DNA of 36,607 nt from a virus. Lineage: Duplodnaviria > Caudoviricetes. Each line of letters opens with the position of its first letter. The stretch's first letter is position 1. The notes beneath the pieces are model-generated. The model saw nothing but the letters and a program-made list of their open reading frames with translations. It was not told the DNA's origin and made no database searches. A program made the position numbers and the translations under genes. The stretch covers positions 1 to 36,607 of the IMG/VR virus record IMGVR_UViG_3300018073_000013. One strand, 5' to 3'. Of the stretch, positions 9,146 to 18,792 are shown one piece after another.

Positions 9146-9601
9146 CTAGAGAACCAGATTGACGAGGAAGCCGACGTTGACCTTGGCGTTGGGGATCGTG
9201 CCGGTGCCCGACTTCCAACGAACCGGAATGGAGACATCGGAGGCACCGAAGACAGCAGGGCCGAGCACGTCGAAGCGGTGGATGTGGGCAGCGTTGTCCC
9301 AGTCGTTGATGCGGATCAGCGCCCCGACACCCAGCGCCTGGAACACAGGCGTGCGATCAGCCCCATCGTTGTCGAGCAGTCGGAAGACGGCCTGGGTGGC
9401 GAGAGTGAGGTTGCTGCTGTCGAAGCGCACCTGGTTGCCGGTGGGCGGCGGGGACAGGTTGGAGTACTGCCAGGAGTAGCTGTTGTAGATCTTCTCGGGC
9501 TGGGCTTCCAGGTCCTCGATCCGGCCTTTCAGCGCCGCCAGGTACTCGTTGAGGTCCTGACCCCAGGGGTCCTGGCCGATGGTCGGGAGTGTATTACTCA
9601 C
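9146..9601 (-). CDS. Virion structural/appendage protein, hypothetical
   Basis: GTG overlaps the upstream TGA. MSNTLPTIGQDPWGQDLNEYL followed by a short coiled coil; strong GC3 bias in this frame. Confidence 0.65.
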   Translation of the reverse strand: MSNTLPTIGQDPWGQDLNEYLAALKGRIEDLEAQPEKIYNSYSWQYSNLSPPPTGNQVRFDSSNLTLATQAVFRLLDNDGADRTPVFQALGVGALIRINDWDNAAHIHRFDVLGPAVFGASDVSIPVRWKSGTGTIPNAKVNVGFLVNLVL

Positions 9602-10203
9602 TGGGTACCTCCATATGGCCCCGAGCCGTATGGCCCCATGCCGTAGCTGCTCACCGTCAGGGGCGGCAAGGGCGGAACCACCGAGTCGATGACGCCACCG
9701 ATGCCCCCCGGGACGTAGTCGAGCAGCATGTCGTCGGCCAGGAACGTCTCGATGCCCGAGATGCCGATGACCACGTCCTGGCCCTTGAAGCGGCCACGGA
9801 TCTGGTAGCCCGCCACCTCCCAGAACCGGTTGTTGTAGAAGTACAGGTCGTGGTTGCGGTCGTGCCGCCAGACCTCTGACGGTGACTCGCTGGTGAGCGT
9901 GTTGCCGTGGGCCTCGGTCACCGAGATGCCGGCCTCGTACATGTTGCGCGCCGACACAGCGCAGCGCATGCGCTCGGTGGGCCGGCGTCCCTCGGGGGCG
10001 TAGTCCTCCACGGCCTCGGACTGGTCCACCCACAGGATCGGGATGCGGATGCCCTTGGAGTACCTGCGGAAGCCCTCGTCGTAGACCTCGTCGTACTGGG
10101 ACGTGTCGGCGTCGAAGACGTAGTAGATGATCGCCTCGCCCACGTCGCGCTGGTAGCGCCCGAAGTGCTTCCAGATCTGGGTGACCTCTCGCCGCGGCTC
10201 CAT
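9598..10203 (-). CDS. Probable head-closure (stopper) protein
   Basis: ATG at 10203 (TGATG coupling). VGEAIIYY..YDEVYDEG and DLYFYNNRFWEV..YQIRG; C-terminal YGMGPYGSGPYGG; lies after the adaptor. Confidence 0.65.
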   Translation of the reverse strand: MEPRREVTQIWKHFGRYQRDVGEAIIYYVFDADTSQYDEVYDEGFRRYSKGIRIPILWVDQSEAVEDYAPEGRRPTERMRCAVSARNMYEAGISVTEAHGNTLTSESPSEVWRHDRNHDLYFYNNRFWEVAGYQIRGRFKGQDVVIGISGIETFLADDMLLDYVPGGIGGVIDSVVPPLPPLTVSSYGMGPYGSGPYGGTQ

Positions 10204-10463
10204 CAGTAGTCCCTCGTCCCGATGGTGACCCAGCCGATGTCCTGGCCCAGCCGGCCCCACTCCTCACGGGAGCGCCGCACCGGGTGCCAGCGGGAGACGT
10301 ACGGGTTCGGCCCGGTCACGTACGTCGAGAGGGGGATGACGTAGTTGTTGCCCTCGCGCATCTGAGCGATGGCGGTCTTCTTCGGTTGCCACGGCGACTG
10401 GGAGTAGCGGTGCCCCGGGTTCTGACGCAGGAAGTGGGCGGGGTCGCCGTAGCCGTAGTCCAT
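10203..10463 (-). CDS. Hypothetical protein (neck region)
   Basis: 86 aa, translationally coupled to both neighbours (TGATG). Confidence 0.6.
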   Translation of the reverse strand: MDYGYGDPAHFLRQNPGHRYSQSPWQPKKTAIAQMREGNNYVIPLSTYVTGPNPYVSRWHPVRRSREEWGRLGQDIGWVTIGTRDY

Positions 10464-11221
10464 CAGGTGCTCCCGTAGAGGACGTCGATCACTTCGATGT
10501 CGCCGGTCGACTGGCTGCCCTCGGGGATGGCCGGGTAGAGCCGCTCGGGCGGACGCGGGTCATCGAACTCACGGTCGATGTACACCGGCACGAAGCGCCC
10601 GGTCATCTTGGCCACCCGGCGCAGGCGGGACTGATCGAGGGAGTTGAGGCCCATGTTCAGCATCGCTGCCTTGTTGTTGTACTCCGACTCGTAGTTCTGG
10701 AGCATCTGGATGACCTGGGTGAAGCGCTGGCGCGCCGGGATGAACATGCCCTCGGGCGTCGATACGTCGATATCGAGCGACAGTTCCATCGCCAGCGACC
10801 ACAGGGCGGAGACGACTCCGCCGAGCATCAGCACGTCGTAGTGGACCGGGGTGAAGGTGTCCAGGTCGCTGCCGTAGCTCACCTCATGGACCGACTTGCC
10901 GACGTGGAAGGCCAGGTCGGCGTCGGAGAACCAGGTGTAGTGGTAGCCGGCCACCACCAGCTGCTTGTTGAGGTCGGTGGCATCGGTGAGCTTCAGCAGG
11001 CCGGCGCGCTCGTCCAGTTCCCACGCGCTGGTCAACGTGGACACCTGGGTGCCGCCCGAGGTCGTGTTGACGTAGACCTGCAGCGAGGCCGGCGCGATCA
11101 GTGGATGGGGCAGGCGCACGGTGAGCACGTTGAGCGTGCCGGCGTCGACTTCGAAGTACTGGGGGAAGTCACGGAGGTAGTTCCGTGCCCCAGCGGTCAG
11201 GTCGTCCATCGTGGTGGGCAT
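10463..11221 (-). CDS. Probable head-to-tail adaptor protein
   Basis: ATG at 11221 with GGAGG 7 nt upstream. YHYTWFSDADL, ALWSLAMELSLDIDVSTPEGMFIP..QRF and LRRVAKMTGRFVPVYIDREFDD; synteny. Confidence 0.7.
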   Translation of the reverse strand: MPTTMDDLTAGARNYLRDFPQYFEVDAGTLNVLTVRLPHPLIAPASLQVYVNTTSGGTQVSTLTSAWELDERAGLLKLTDATDLNKQLVVAGYHYTWFSDADLAFHVGKSVHEVSYGSDLDTFTPVHYDVLMLGGVVSALWSLAMELSLDIDVSTPEGMFIPARQRFTQVIQMLQNYESEYNNKAAMLNMGLNSLDQSRLRRVAKMTGRFVPVYIDREFDDPRPPERLYPAIPEGSQSTGDIEVIDVLYGST

Positions 11222-11255
11222 TGGCATACCTCCATATCCAGCGTAGATGATCGGC

Positions 11256-14200
11256 TCATGGCCAGGCCTGGACTGCTCCGACGAAGATGGCGTCCACCCT
11301 CTCGTCACCGAGGAACAACTCGTCGGCGTCACCCAGGATGGTGACCCCCGTCCGCGATTTGAGGTCGTCCACCTTGACCGTGGCGGTGATGAGGAAGGCG
11401 AGGACAGCGAGCACGCCCAACGAGTCGGTGCCGATCACCACCGTCGACACGTCGACAAACAGGCCAGGCTGCTGGTAGCGAGCCTGGCTGGTGGCAGTGA
11501 CCGTCGCCGCCGCCAAGATGGACAGGTTCTGCACCGACCCGGCCTTCGCGTCGTTGCAGGTGACTGTCGCCGTGATGCCGAGGCTGATCGGGTGGTCTTC
11601 GTAGTCAGCCTGGTCGAGCGCCAACGTGATCGTCGCCACGATCGGCAGGCTGATCGTCGCCCCTCGGAAGTGAGCGGTGGAGGTGCCCGACGTCGTTGCC
11701 GCGATGGGGATGCTGACTGTCGGTTCAAAGAGGTGACGGACGTCAGTGGTGGCAACAGAGGCCACCGCTGGCACAGAGGAGGAGAGGTCGCGGTACTTGG
11801 CCCGGTCGGTCGGCAGCGCGGTCGTGCCGGCGATGAGAATGGAGCGCTGTGTCTCGTCGTAGTGCCCTGGCGACTGCTGGAGGTCGAGCACCGTGACGAA
11901 GCCGGCAATCGGCACGCTGGCCGAGAGGTTCTTGTAGCCAGCACGGTCGACCACCATCGTCGTGGTGCCGGTGATCGGGAGGGAGAGGCTCAGTTCCCGG
12001 GTCTTGATGGCGGTGGTGACGGTGGTGGTCCCGGCGACGGGGACCGACAGCGCCGTCTCATGGAGGTCGACCTGATCCACCGTCAGGGTGGTGGTGCCGG
12101 CCACCGGCAGCGAGAGCGCCAGTTCCTTGCGGTGGATCAGGTCGGTCGCCGTGACCGTTCCCGTCACCGGGATGGAGAGGCCAAGCTCCTTGTTCGTCTG
12201 CTTGCTGGTCGACGTGACCGTGCCGGTGATCGGAACCGAGAGGGCCAGTTCCTTGGTCCCCCGCTTGTCGGTGACGGTGACGGTCACCTGCGACCCCGCC
12301 GCCGCAACGACGGCGTTAGCCGCACTCAGCGTCCACGCCCTGCCCCGTGGGTCGGTGTACCCCGTGCCCGAGCCTGGATACTCGGCGGCGTCGAAGCGCC
12401 AGGCCAATGATCCGGCCGTGGGGTTGAGGCCGGAGCGCATCTCCACCCAATGGAGTCGCCCAACAGAGGCACCGTTGAACGCCCCGTGGATACCGACGAC
12501 AAGATCAGCGGTGGTGTCGAAGGGAACGGTCGCAGAACCCCACGACTGGGTCGCCTCGACAACGTCCCAAGTGACCCCGTTCACCGAGGTGTACCCCGTC
12601 AGCGTGAAGTCAGGTGTCGTAGCGATAGCAATCGCGAAGTACTGACGGCCGGTGAGAGGTGGGCTGACGACGGTCGATTGCTCCCTGCCACCCGTGCCGG
12701 TACTGCTGAGATTGGCGATGATGTACTCAGGGGCAACGCCCGACTCAACGATGTTCAGCGTTACCGAACGAACCGGTGAGAACTCACCATGCGTGACTGG
12801 AACAACGTCGAGCAGTGGGTTAGGGGTGAGACGGACGACAACCGTGAACGCTGGCGACGGAGGCAGGCCGGGGTCCGGGGTGGTAGCTGAACCGATAGCG
12901 GTGTCGAGATAGGAAGGACTCGTAGAAGCCGTGACGTTGAGCGCAAGCTCATCAAGGTCGGCCTGGTCGATCGACAGTGTGACAGTGGCCCCGATGGGCA
13001 CCGACAGGTTCAGGTCGGAGAAGTTGCCGAGGTGGCCGAAGGCGTCATTGACTGCGACGGTGGCGGTGATCGGAAGCGATCGTGCTGGTTCCTTGAAGTC
13101 GGCCTGGTCGATCGTCAGCGTGGTTGCTGCAGCCACCGGGACCGAGAGCGCCAACTCCTTGCGGTGAACCAGGTCAGTCGTCGCGACCGTGCCGGCGATC
13201 GAAAGCGACAGTCCGATCTCCTTGCGGTGGACAATGTCGGTCGAAGTAACTGTCGCCGCGATCGGGATGGAGCGACCCGTCTCGTTGAAGCCGGTGCTAC
13301 CGATGTGGTAGGAGTCAGTCTCCGTGACCGTGGCGGCGATGGCGAGAGTCAGACCGGCAGCACCAGCCGGCGCGACAGGAGCGTCGAGCAGGTGGGTCGC
13401 CACCGGTCCCGAGACGATGCCTCCCGCCTCCCACCAGAGCCACTTGCTGTCGTTGAGCGGGTCGTTGTCGGGCGCGTAGTACAGCCCGTCCCGCATCGAG
13501 TAGTGGAGGAAGAGGTTGGCCGTGCGCTGCACCGCGTACGTCGTCATCTCAGCTTCCAGCTGGGTCTTGGTCAGCGCCGCCGTCCACACCTTGAAGGCGC
13601 ATCCGTTGGCGTAGGGGTTGCTTCCGTACTCACCAGACAGCACCCGCAGCTTCAAGCCGCTGACCGTCCCCTTGCTGGCGGTGTGGGCCGTGGACAGAGT
13701 CGATGTCCCTGCCGGTGCCCAGTAGATATCGGTGCCCCCGGTGATCGACCGGGACATGGCGAGGAAGACCCAGGTGTTGAGCGGGACGTTGTAGCCGGGA
13801 GAGAAGTCCCCAGTGTCCATGTACTGGCGCAAGTCGCCAGCGGGAGTCACCGACGTGCTGCAGTAGGTGCTGCCACCACTGAACGTTGACCACACGTCCC
13901 ATGAGTTACCGGAGTAGCCGCTGTAGTTCACCCAGCCGCACCACGTCAGGTCGGTGTCGCTGGGGAAGACGTTGGAAGCGCCGTTCATGGCGATGGCCTT
14001 GCCGTTGGACAGCATCCGCATGGAGCCGTCCGTCACCGGCAGTGGCGGCGAGGCGAGGTCTACAACGGTGAGGTCGTCAACGATGGTCGCAGGCGCACCG
14101 TAGGAACGGAAGCCGATCGCCCCACCGACGACGGGGTTGCCTTGGGTGTCGGTCGGTGGTGATGCATCAGTGGCGTCGATCTGCCAGGTGCCGGGTTCGG

Positions 14201-17200
14201 CCGACCCGTCGTTCCACCACTTGACCTTGTGGTTGTTACCAACCACACGGATCTTCCACCAGCGCACGCCCGCAGCGTTGAGTGACGCATCGGTGAAGTT
14301 GCCGATGCTGCTGTAGCCACCCACCTTGTAGATATCGACACGCCCAGCGGGCGCTACCTGGGCGACGAAGCCAGACGAAGCGGAGTAACCACCCAGCCCG
14401 TCGTACAGACGCCAGCAGATCTCCGGGTAGTTGGGGTTGGCCGTTTGCCACTCCACCTTTACCGTCATCTCGAAATCGGTGACGTACTTGTCAGAGGACG
14501 CTACGGAAGGGCCACCGGACGGAGTGACAACACCCTTGTTGCCCGAGATGGTGTAGTAGGGCCGCTGGACCGGCCACTTGGCCCAGTCCCAGTGGTCGCT
14601 GTCGGCGGTGTTCCAGTCCTCGGTGAATAGATATGGCGATATGACAGCGCCGCCCGCCTCCTTGTAGTGGGCGGTGGATGTCGTCGTGGTCGTGCCGGCG
14701 ATCGCCAGCGGGAGGGCCAACTCCTTGTTGCCGCTCCGCTGGGTCAGCGTGGTCGTGCCGGCGATGGGGATGGAGCGCGAAAGCTCCTTGTCCTTCAACG
14801 CCGTCGTGATCGTGGTGGTGCCAGCGATCGGAATCGAGAGGGCCAACTCCTTGCGCCCCACCCGCTCTGTCGGCACCGTGGTCGCCGCCGCAATGGTGAT
14901 CGAGCGGCCCGTCTCGTTGTAGTTGGTGCTCGCGGGAAACCACTTGGTGGCGAGATAGCTCTCGACCTGAGTGATCTCTGGAGCGGTGAGCACCCGGTTG
15001 TAGACGATCACCTCGGCAATCAGGCCGTCCCAGAAGTAGCCCGGAGGACCCACGTTGTCTCCTGCGCCGAGCACAAACTTCTGAGCCACCCACCCAGGAG
15101 TGGGCAACGTGCCTGTAATGGCAGTGGTCCCGTCGATCCATAGCCCCGACGATGCTCCGTTGAACACGGCCCTCAGATAGTGCGGACTGAGGTTGACGGG
15201 CACTAGCGAGTCCAGGTTGCCCCCGTTCCAGACGTTCCAGGTCTGGCCGGTGACATACAGGGTTGGGTTCGTGCCCCAGTTACCGACTATCTGACGATTC
15301 AGGGCGTCAGTGAAGTCAGCCTGGACAACGGCGAAGAGTGTTATCGGCTGTGGCTGCGTGAACGGCTCAAAGGTGAGAGCGTCATCGCTGAAGTCCAAGG
15401 CGTTGTGCCCGTTGAGCGTGCGCGTACCAGTGGTGGGCTGGTTGGCGGATGTGCCCTGGGTCAGAGCCGATCCTTTGCCGCTCTTGCCAGTCCACTGAGA
15501 CACCGACCCGGCCGACGCCGTGATCGTGGTGGCATCGTCGGCGTCGTACCAACCAACCAAGCCCGTTGCCGGGATCACCGTTATGGGCGGCGTGTCGATA
15601 CAGGTGACGGTCGCCGCGATCGACAGACCCGTCGCCTCCCTGCAATGGGCTACATCTGTACAGGTGGTCGTCGCCGTGATGCCGAGCGGCAGGAGCTTCT
15701 CGTTGAACGGCGCTTTGATGTTGAGCGTCGGCGTGACCGCCCACGTCATCCCGGTGGTCGAATCGTTGCGGGTCACCCGGAACCGGAGTACATCGCCCCC
15801 AGCGAGGTTGGCAGCAAGAATCTTCAGCGAGTACAGCATCTCGGTGAAGTTGTTGCCGGTGAGGGCGACGAACGAGTAGCCGACCTCGGCTACCGCACCG
15901 GGCACGAATGTGCCCGTCCCACCAGTGAGCCGCTGGGTCGTGGCCCCATCAGCGGTCAGGTTCGGATTGTCATATCCAATGACGGTGGTCGGAACGGGGC
16001 TGGGCGACGTGTAGATCCGATAGCACAGATCCTCGGCAGCGGTGGCTGCCCATGTTCCCGAGAAGAGTGCGACGTTTCCCGAAGCGGTGGGCGATGTGTT
16101 GTCCTCTCCGAGTTGGTAGTAGTTGTTGACATCGGCAGTACCGGTGAACTGGACGGCGACGAAGAAGCGGGTACCCGACGACACCAGGGAGAGTGTCCTG
16201 TCGAAGTCGAAGGTCACCCAGTTGAAGCTCGTCCCCACATCGGCGGCGCTGATGGTCGTTGTTGAAGTCGCCAACACCGCACCGGTCGGGACACCGGTCG
16301 AGCCGAACGTGCCGGTGTGGGCGTAGACGACGGCTTTGAGCGTGCCGGTGGGCAATCCGGCCGTCCTCGCCATCCAGAACTCGACCCTGGAGAGCACCCT
16401 GCCGGTTGACCCAGTGAACGACTGCCCTATCTGAGTCTCGGCTCCCACCGAACCAGGTGTGCGGAAGGAACTGAAGTTGGTGCCGAGGTAGGCGTCGTAC
16501 ATCGTGATGTCGGCCACGACATTGGTCCAGGTGCCGCTGGCGTTCTTCTCCCACTGGATGCGGAAGTAGTCACCGCCGCCGCCATCGACGGCGTTGGTGG
16601 ATTGGAGACGAACCCGCAACGCCCCGTAGCCGTCACCGCTGGAGAGGTTGCCGGTGACCGGCGTGTCTTGGGCGGCGAGGGATGCTGCACCCGACTCGGT
16701 GCCAGCGTCATCGAAGAACTGGTACGCCGCCTGTGTGACACTGGGAGTGGGCGGGCTGTAATCGACGGTGACATCGACGTAGTCGATGGAGGCGATACCA
16801 GACTGCGTGTTCGCACCGTGGAAGCAGTTGACCCTGATCTTGAAGTTGGCGGAACGTAGCTGTGCGGCGGTGACGGCAAACGTGGTCGAGTCGTTGCGAG
16901 CCGCCGTTGCCATCGTGCAGGAGAACGGGCTGCCGATCGGAGTCGCACCGTCCCACGGCTGGATCGTGATCCCGGAGATGCGGGTGACGTTGTTCTCGAA
17001 GTGACGGAGGTTGACCGTCACCGAGTTGATCGTGTCGCTGGCCCCGATCGTCGCAGAGAAGTTGTGGCCAGAGATGTCGATGGCACCAGTGGCTCCGTTC
17101 GTGGCGTTCGTCCACGTCGCGTAGGTCGCCGGGTTGGAGCCGACAGCACCGTCTACAGCGTTGGTCAGCGACGCCCAAGTGGCAGCCCCACTAGTGGCCG

Positions 17201-17234
17201 GTGTCCCCGATCCACGGGAGGCGACGGTCGCCAT
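11256..17234 (-). CDS. Giant (1992 aa) modular fibre/adhesin: 21-22-aa repeats interleaved with LamG/concanavalin-like lectin domains
   Basis: About 25 xKELxLSxPIAxTxTxT-type repeats. LamG signature GLVGWYDADD...WDGLIAEVIVYNRVLT..VESYLATKW. Further lectin-like modules (GAIGFRSY..VDDLTV; WVFLAM..KVWTAALT). RBS AAGGA upstream. Confidence 0.8.
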   Translation of the reverse strand: MATVASRGSGTPATSGAATWASLTNAVDGAVGSNPATYATWTNATNGATGAIDISGHNFSATIGASDTINSVTVNLRHFENNVTRISGITIQPWDGATPIGSPFSCTMATAARNDSTTFAVTAAQLRSANFKIRVNCFHGANTQSGIASIDYVDVTVDYSPPTPSVTQAAYQFFDDAGTESGAASLAAQDTPVTGNLSSGDGYGALRVRLQSTNAVDGGGGDYFRIQWEKNASGTWTNVVADITMYDAYLGTNFSSFRTPGSVGAETQIGQSFTGSTGRVLSRVEFWMARTAGLPTGTLKAVVYAHTGTFGSTGVPTGAVLATSTTTISAADVGTSFNWVTFDFDRTLSLVSSGTRFFVAVQFTGTADVNNYYQLGEDNTSPTASGNVALFSGTWAATAAEDLCYRIYTSPSPVPTTVIGYDNPNLTADGATTQRLTGGTGTFVPGAVAEVGYSFVALTGNNFTEMLYSLKILAANLAGGDVLRFRVTRNDSTTGMTWAVTPTLNIKAPFNEKLLPLGITATTTCTDVAHCREATGLSIAATVTCIDTPPITVIPATGLVGWYDADDATTITASAGSVSQWTGKSGKGSALTQGTSANQPTTGTRTLNGHNALDFSDDALTFEPFTQPQPITLFAVVQADFTDALNRQIVGNWGTNPTLYVTGQTWNVWNGGNLDSLVPVNLSPHYLRAVFNGASSGLWIDGTTAITGTLPTPGWVAQKFVLGAGDNVGPPGYFWDGLIAEVIVYNRVLTAPEITQVESYLATKWFPASTNYNETGRSITIAAATTVPTERVGRKELALSIPIAGTTTITTALKDKELSRSIPIAGTTTLTQRSGNKELALPLAIAGTTTTTSTAHYKEAGGAVISPYLFTEDWNTADSDHWDWAKWPVQRPYYTISGNKGVVTPSGGPSVASSDKYVTDFEMTVKVEWQTANPNYPEICWRLYDGLGGYSASSGFVAQVAPAGRVDIYKVGGYSSIGNFTDASLNAAGVRWWKIRVVGNNHKVKWWNDGSAEPGTWQIDATDASPPTDTQGNPVVGGAIGFRSYGAPATIVDDLTVVDLASPPLPVTDGSMRMLSNGKAIAMNGASNVFPSDTDLTWCGWVNYSGYSGNSWDVWSTFSGGSTYCSTSVTPAGDLRQYMDTGDFSPGYNVPLNTWVFLAMSRSITGGTDIYWAPAGTSTLSTAHTASKGTVSGLKLRVLSGEYGSNPYANGCAFKVWTAALTKTQLEAEMTTYAVQRTANLFLHYSMRDGLYYAPDNDPLNDSKWLWWEAGGIVSGPVATHLLDAPVAPAGAAGLTLAIAATVTETDSYHIGSTGFNETGRSIPIAATVTSTDIVHRKEIGLSLSIAGTVATTDLVHRKELALSVPVAAATTLTIDQADFKEPARSLPITATVAVNDAFGHLGNFSDLNLSVPIGATVTLSIDQADLDELALNVTASTSPSYLDTAIGSATTPDPGLPPSPAFTVVVRLTPNPLLDVVPVTHGEFSPVRSVTLNIVESGVAPEYIIANLSSTGTGGREQSTVVSPPLTGRQYFAIAIATTPDFTLTGYTSVNGVTWDVVEATQSWGSATVPFDTTADLVVGIHGAFNGASVGRLHWVEMRSGLNPTAGSLAWRFDAAEYPGSGTGYTDPRGRAWTLSAANAVVAAAGSQVTVTVTDKRGTKELALSVPITGTVTSTSKQTNKELGLSIPVTGTVTATDLIHRKELALSLPVAGTTTLTVDQVDLHETALSVPVAGTTTVTTAIKTRELSLSLPITGTTTMVVDRAGYKNLSASVPIAGFVTVLDLQQSPGHYDETQRSILIAGTTALPTDRAKYRDLSSSVPAVASVATTDVRHLFEPTVSIPIAATTSGTSTAHFRGATISLPIVATITLALDQADYEDHPISLGITATVTCNDAKAGSVQNLSILAAATVTATSQARYQQPGLFVDVSTVVIGTDSLGVLAVLAFLITATVKVDDLKSRTGVTILGDADELFLGDERVDAIFVGAVQAWP

Positions 17235-17263
17235 CAGTCAGTCCTTGCCGCCGTGGCGGCGGC

Positions 17264-17842
17264 TCAGTTCAGGCCGACAGCAACAGAGACGTCGAGGGTG
17301 TCGGTGGCGGCGAGGGTGCGGGTGGCCGACAGGGGCACGAAGGCGAGAAGCTTGCCGGCCGTACCGGTGGCAACGGTGGCGAGGAACAGCTGCACCGCGG
17401 CCGTCCAACCACCAGCACCAGCGGTGAACGTCTTGGTGGTCGAGGTCGTGGTGTGCGATCCGGCGACATCGACGGAGGCACCGAAGTCGGTGTTGCCAAC
17501 CGTCCACGCGCACTGCGTGCCCGGGGCGTAGCCGGTGCCTGCAACCTCGGTCGCCACCGGAGCGGCCAGGGTCGACGTCTCTAGGACCGACCCAGCGCCG
17601 TACAGCCGTCCGTACAGAGTGGCAGCCTTGGCCTGGGCACGGAAGTACGTCTCCAGGATCTCGATCTCACCCTCGTTGACGAGAGCGTTGTCCTCCCAGC
17701 GACGGTCGTGGAGGGCCTCGGTGTAGTCGGAGGAGGCGACAGGAACGAGCAACTCCCCGATCCCGTTGCCCCAAATGAGACAGCGCTCACCATCGACCGT
17801 GCGATGGTGGGCGAACTGGTAGCTGGTTCCGAAGTGGCGCAT
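17264..17842 (-). CDS. Small structural protein typically preceding giant fibre genes
   Basis: 192 aa with NALVNEGE, EVAGTGYA and RTLAATDTLDVS motifs; RBS AAGGAG. Confidence 0.6.
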   Translation of the reverse strand: MRHFGTSYQFAHHRTVDGERCLIWGNGIGELLVPVASSDYTEALHDRRWEDNALVNEGEIEILETYFRAQAKAATLYGRLYGAGSVLETSTLAAPVATEVAGTGYAPGTQCAWTVGNTDFGASVDVAGSHTTTSTTKTFTAGAGGWTAAVQLFLATVATGTAGKLLAFVPLSATRTLAATDTLDVSVAVGLN

Positions 17843-17854
17843 GGCCGATTCTCC

Positions 17855-18082
17855 TTATCCGATGATCACGTAGAGCGTGTTGGGGTCTTTGACTGGCAGG
17901 GCATCGAACTCGGCCCTGGTCATTCTCGCCCACTGGGCATCCTCACCAGGAGGACCCGGAGGCCCAGGCTTGCCGGTGGGCACGGTGACGTTGACTGGCC
18001 GGATCGGGGTGGTGACGACCGGGATCGGACCCGTCCTGGACGTGACTCGGATCGGCGGCGGCTGAGTGGGGGTGATGATCAC
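17855..18082 (-). CDS. Short collagen-like minor structural protein
   Basis: GTG overlaps the upstream stop. GKPGPPGPPG followed by the C-terminal TRAEFDALPVKDPNTLYVI motif common in phage minor tail/fibre proteins. Confidence 0.7.
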   Translation of the reverse strand: MIITPTQPPPIRVTSRTGPIPVVTTPIRPVNVTVPTGKPGPPGPPGEDAQWARMTRAEFDALPVKDPNTLYVIIG

Positions 18083-18792
18083 GGCACCCGCCCATTGGGA
18101 CCAGCGAAGGGAAGCAAGCCGAGGTTGATCGTGGCACCGGGGACGACGGGGACGACCGGGAGTGGGTCGGTGTCCAGGACGTCGGTGGAGGTGACACGCG
18201 GCAGGATCGTGACCTCGCCGTAGAGCCAGGTGCGAATCTGGTCGGTCGGGGGCCACGGCTCGGGATCGATCACGTCGGGCGGCTGGGGAAAGCCGGTGAG
18301 CGTGAGCGGGGCCTTGGAGTAGAGGTCCCATCGATATCGCCCTATGTAGAGGTTCTCCGAGCGGGGCAGGAACAGGGTCACGGCGGTGAAGCCGGCCGTG
18401 TCGGCGTCGGGCGGGAAGTACTCGTCCTTGACCGCGAAGGTGTTGACCAGCGTCGAGTGGAAGGTGTGGCAGATGCGGATCTGCGCCACCCAGTCCCACG
18501 TCGTGCTCATGTCGGGGGTGGAGTCGGCCGGGTCCTCGATGGTCAGCGGGATGGTGATGTCGTCGCCCTGGTACCAGGTCAGGTCCACCCGGCCCGGGAC
18601 GTTGGACCAGGTGTCGGTGCCGGCACTGCCGAGCGCGCCGCCCGAGCCAGAGATGATCGAAGGGAAGAACGGGATGGGTGCGTACATGGGTTCTCCCGGG
18701 AGAAGCTCGGTCGCCAAGGTGGTGTACTCGGCCGTGGTGGCGATGCGGTTCGGGCCGTCCCAACCACCACGGTCTGCTACGTAGCCGCCCAT
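18079..18792 (-). CDS. Virion structural protein (BppU-N-like Ig fold, tentative)
   Basis: LTWYQGDDITIPLTIED..WVAQIR..YRWDL..RTWLYGEVTILPRVT pattern; coupled to neighbours. Confidence 0.6.
   Translation of the reverse strand: MGGYVADRGGWDGPNRIATTAEYTTLATELLPGEPMYAPIPFFPSIISGSGGALGSAGTDTWSNVPGRVDLTWYQGDDITIPLTIEDPADSTPDMSTTWDWVAQIRICHTFHSTLVNTFAVKDEYFPPDADTAGFTAVTLFLPRSENLYIGRYRWDLYSKAPLTLTGFPQPPDVIDPEPWPPTDQIRTWLYGEVTILPRVTSTDVLDTDPLPVVPVVPGATINLGLLPFAGPNGRVP

Noticed and set aside
11256-17234. Diversity-generating retroelement target or CRISPR-like array
   Set aside because: The repeats are in-frame, degenerate at synonymous sites and not adenine-specific. No reverse transcriptase, TR/VR pair, constant repeat-spacer pattern or cas gene is visible.
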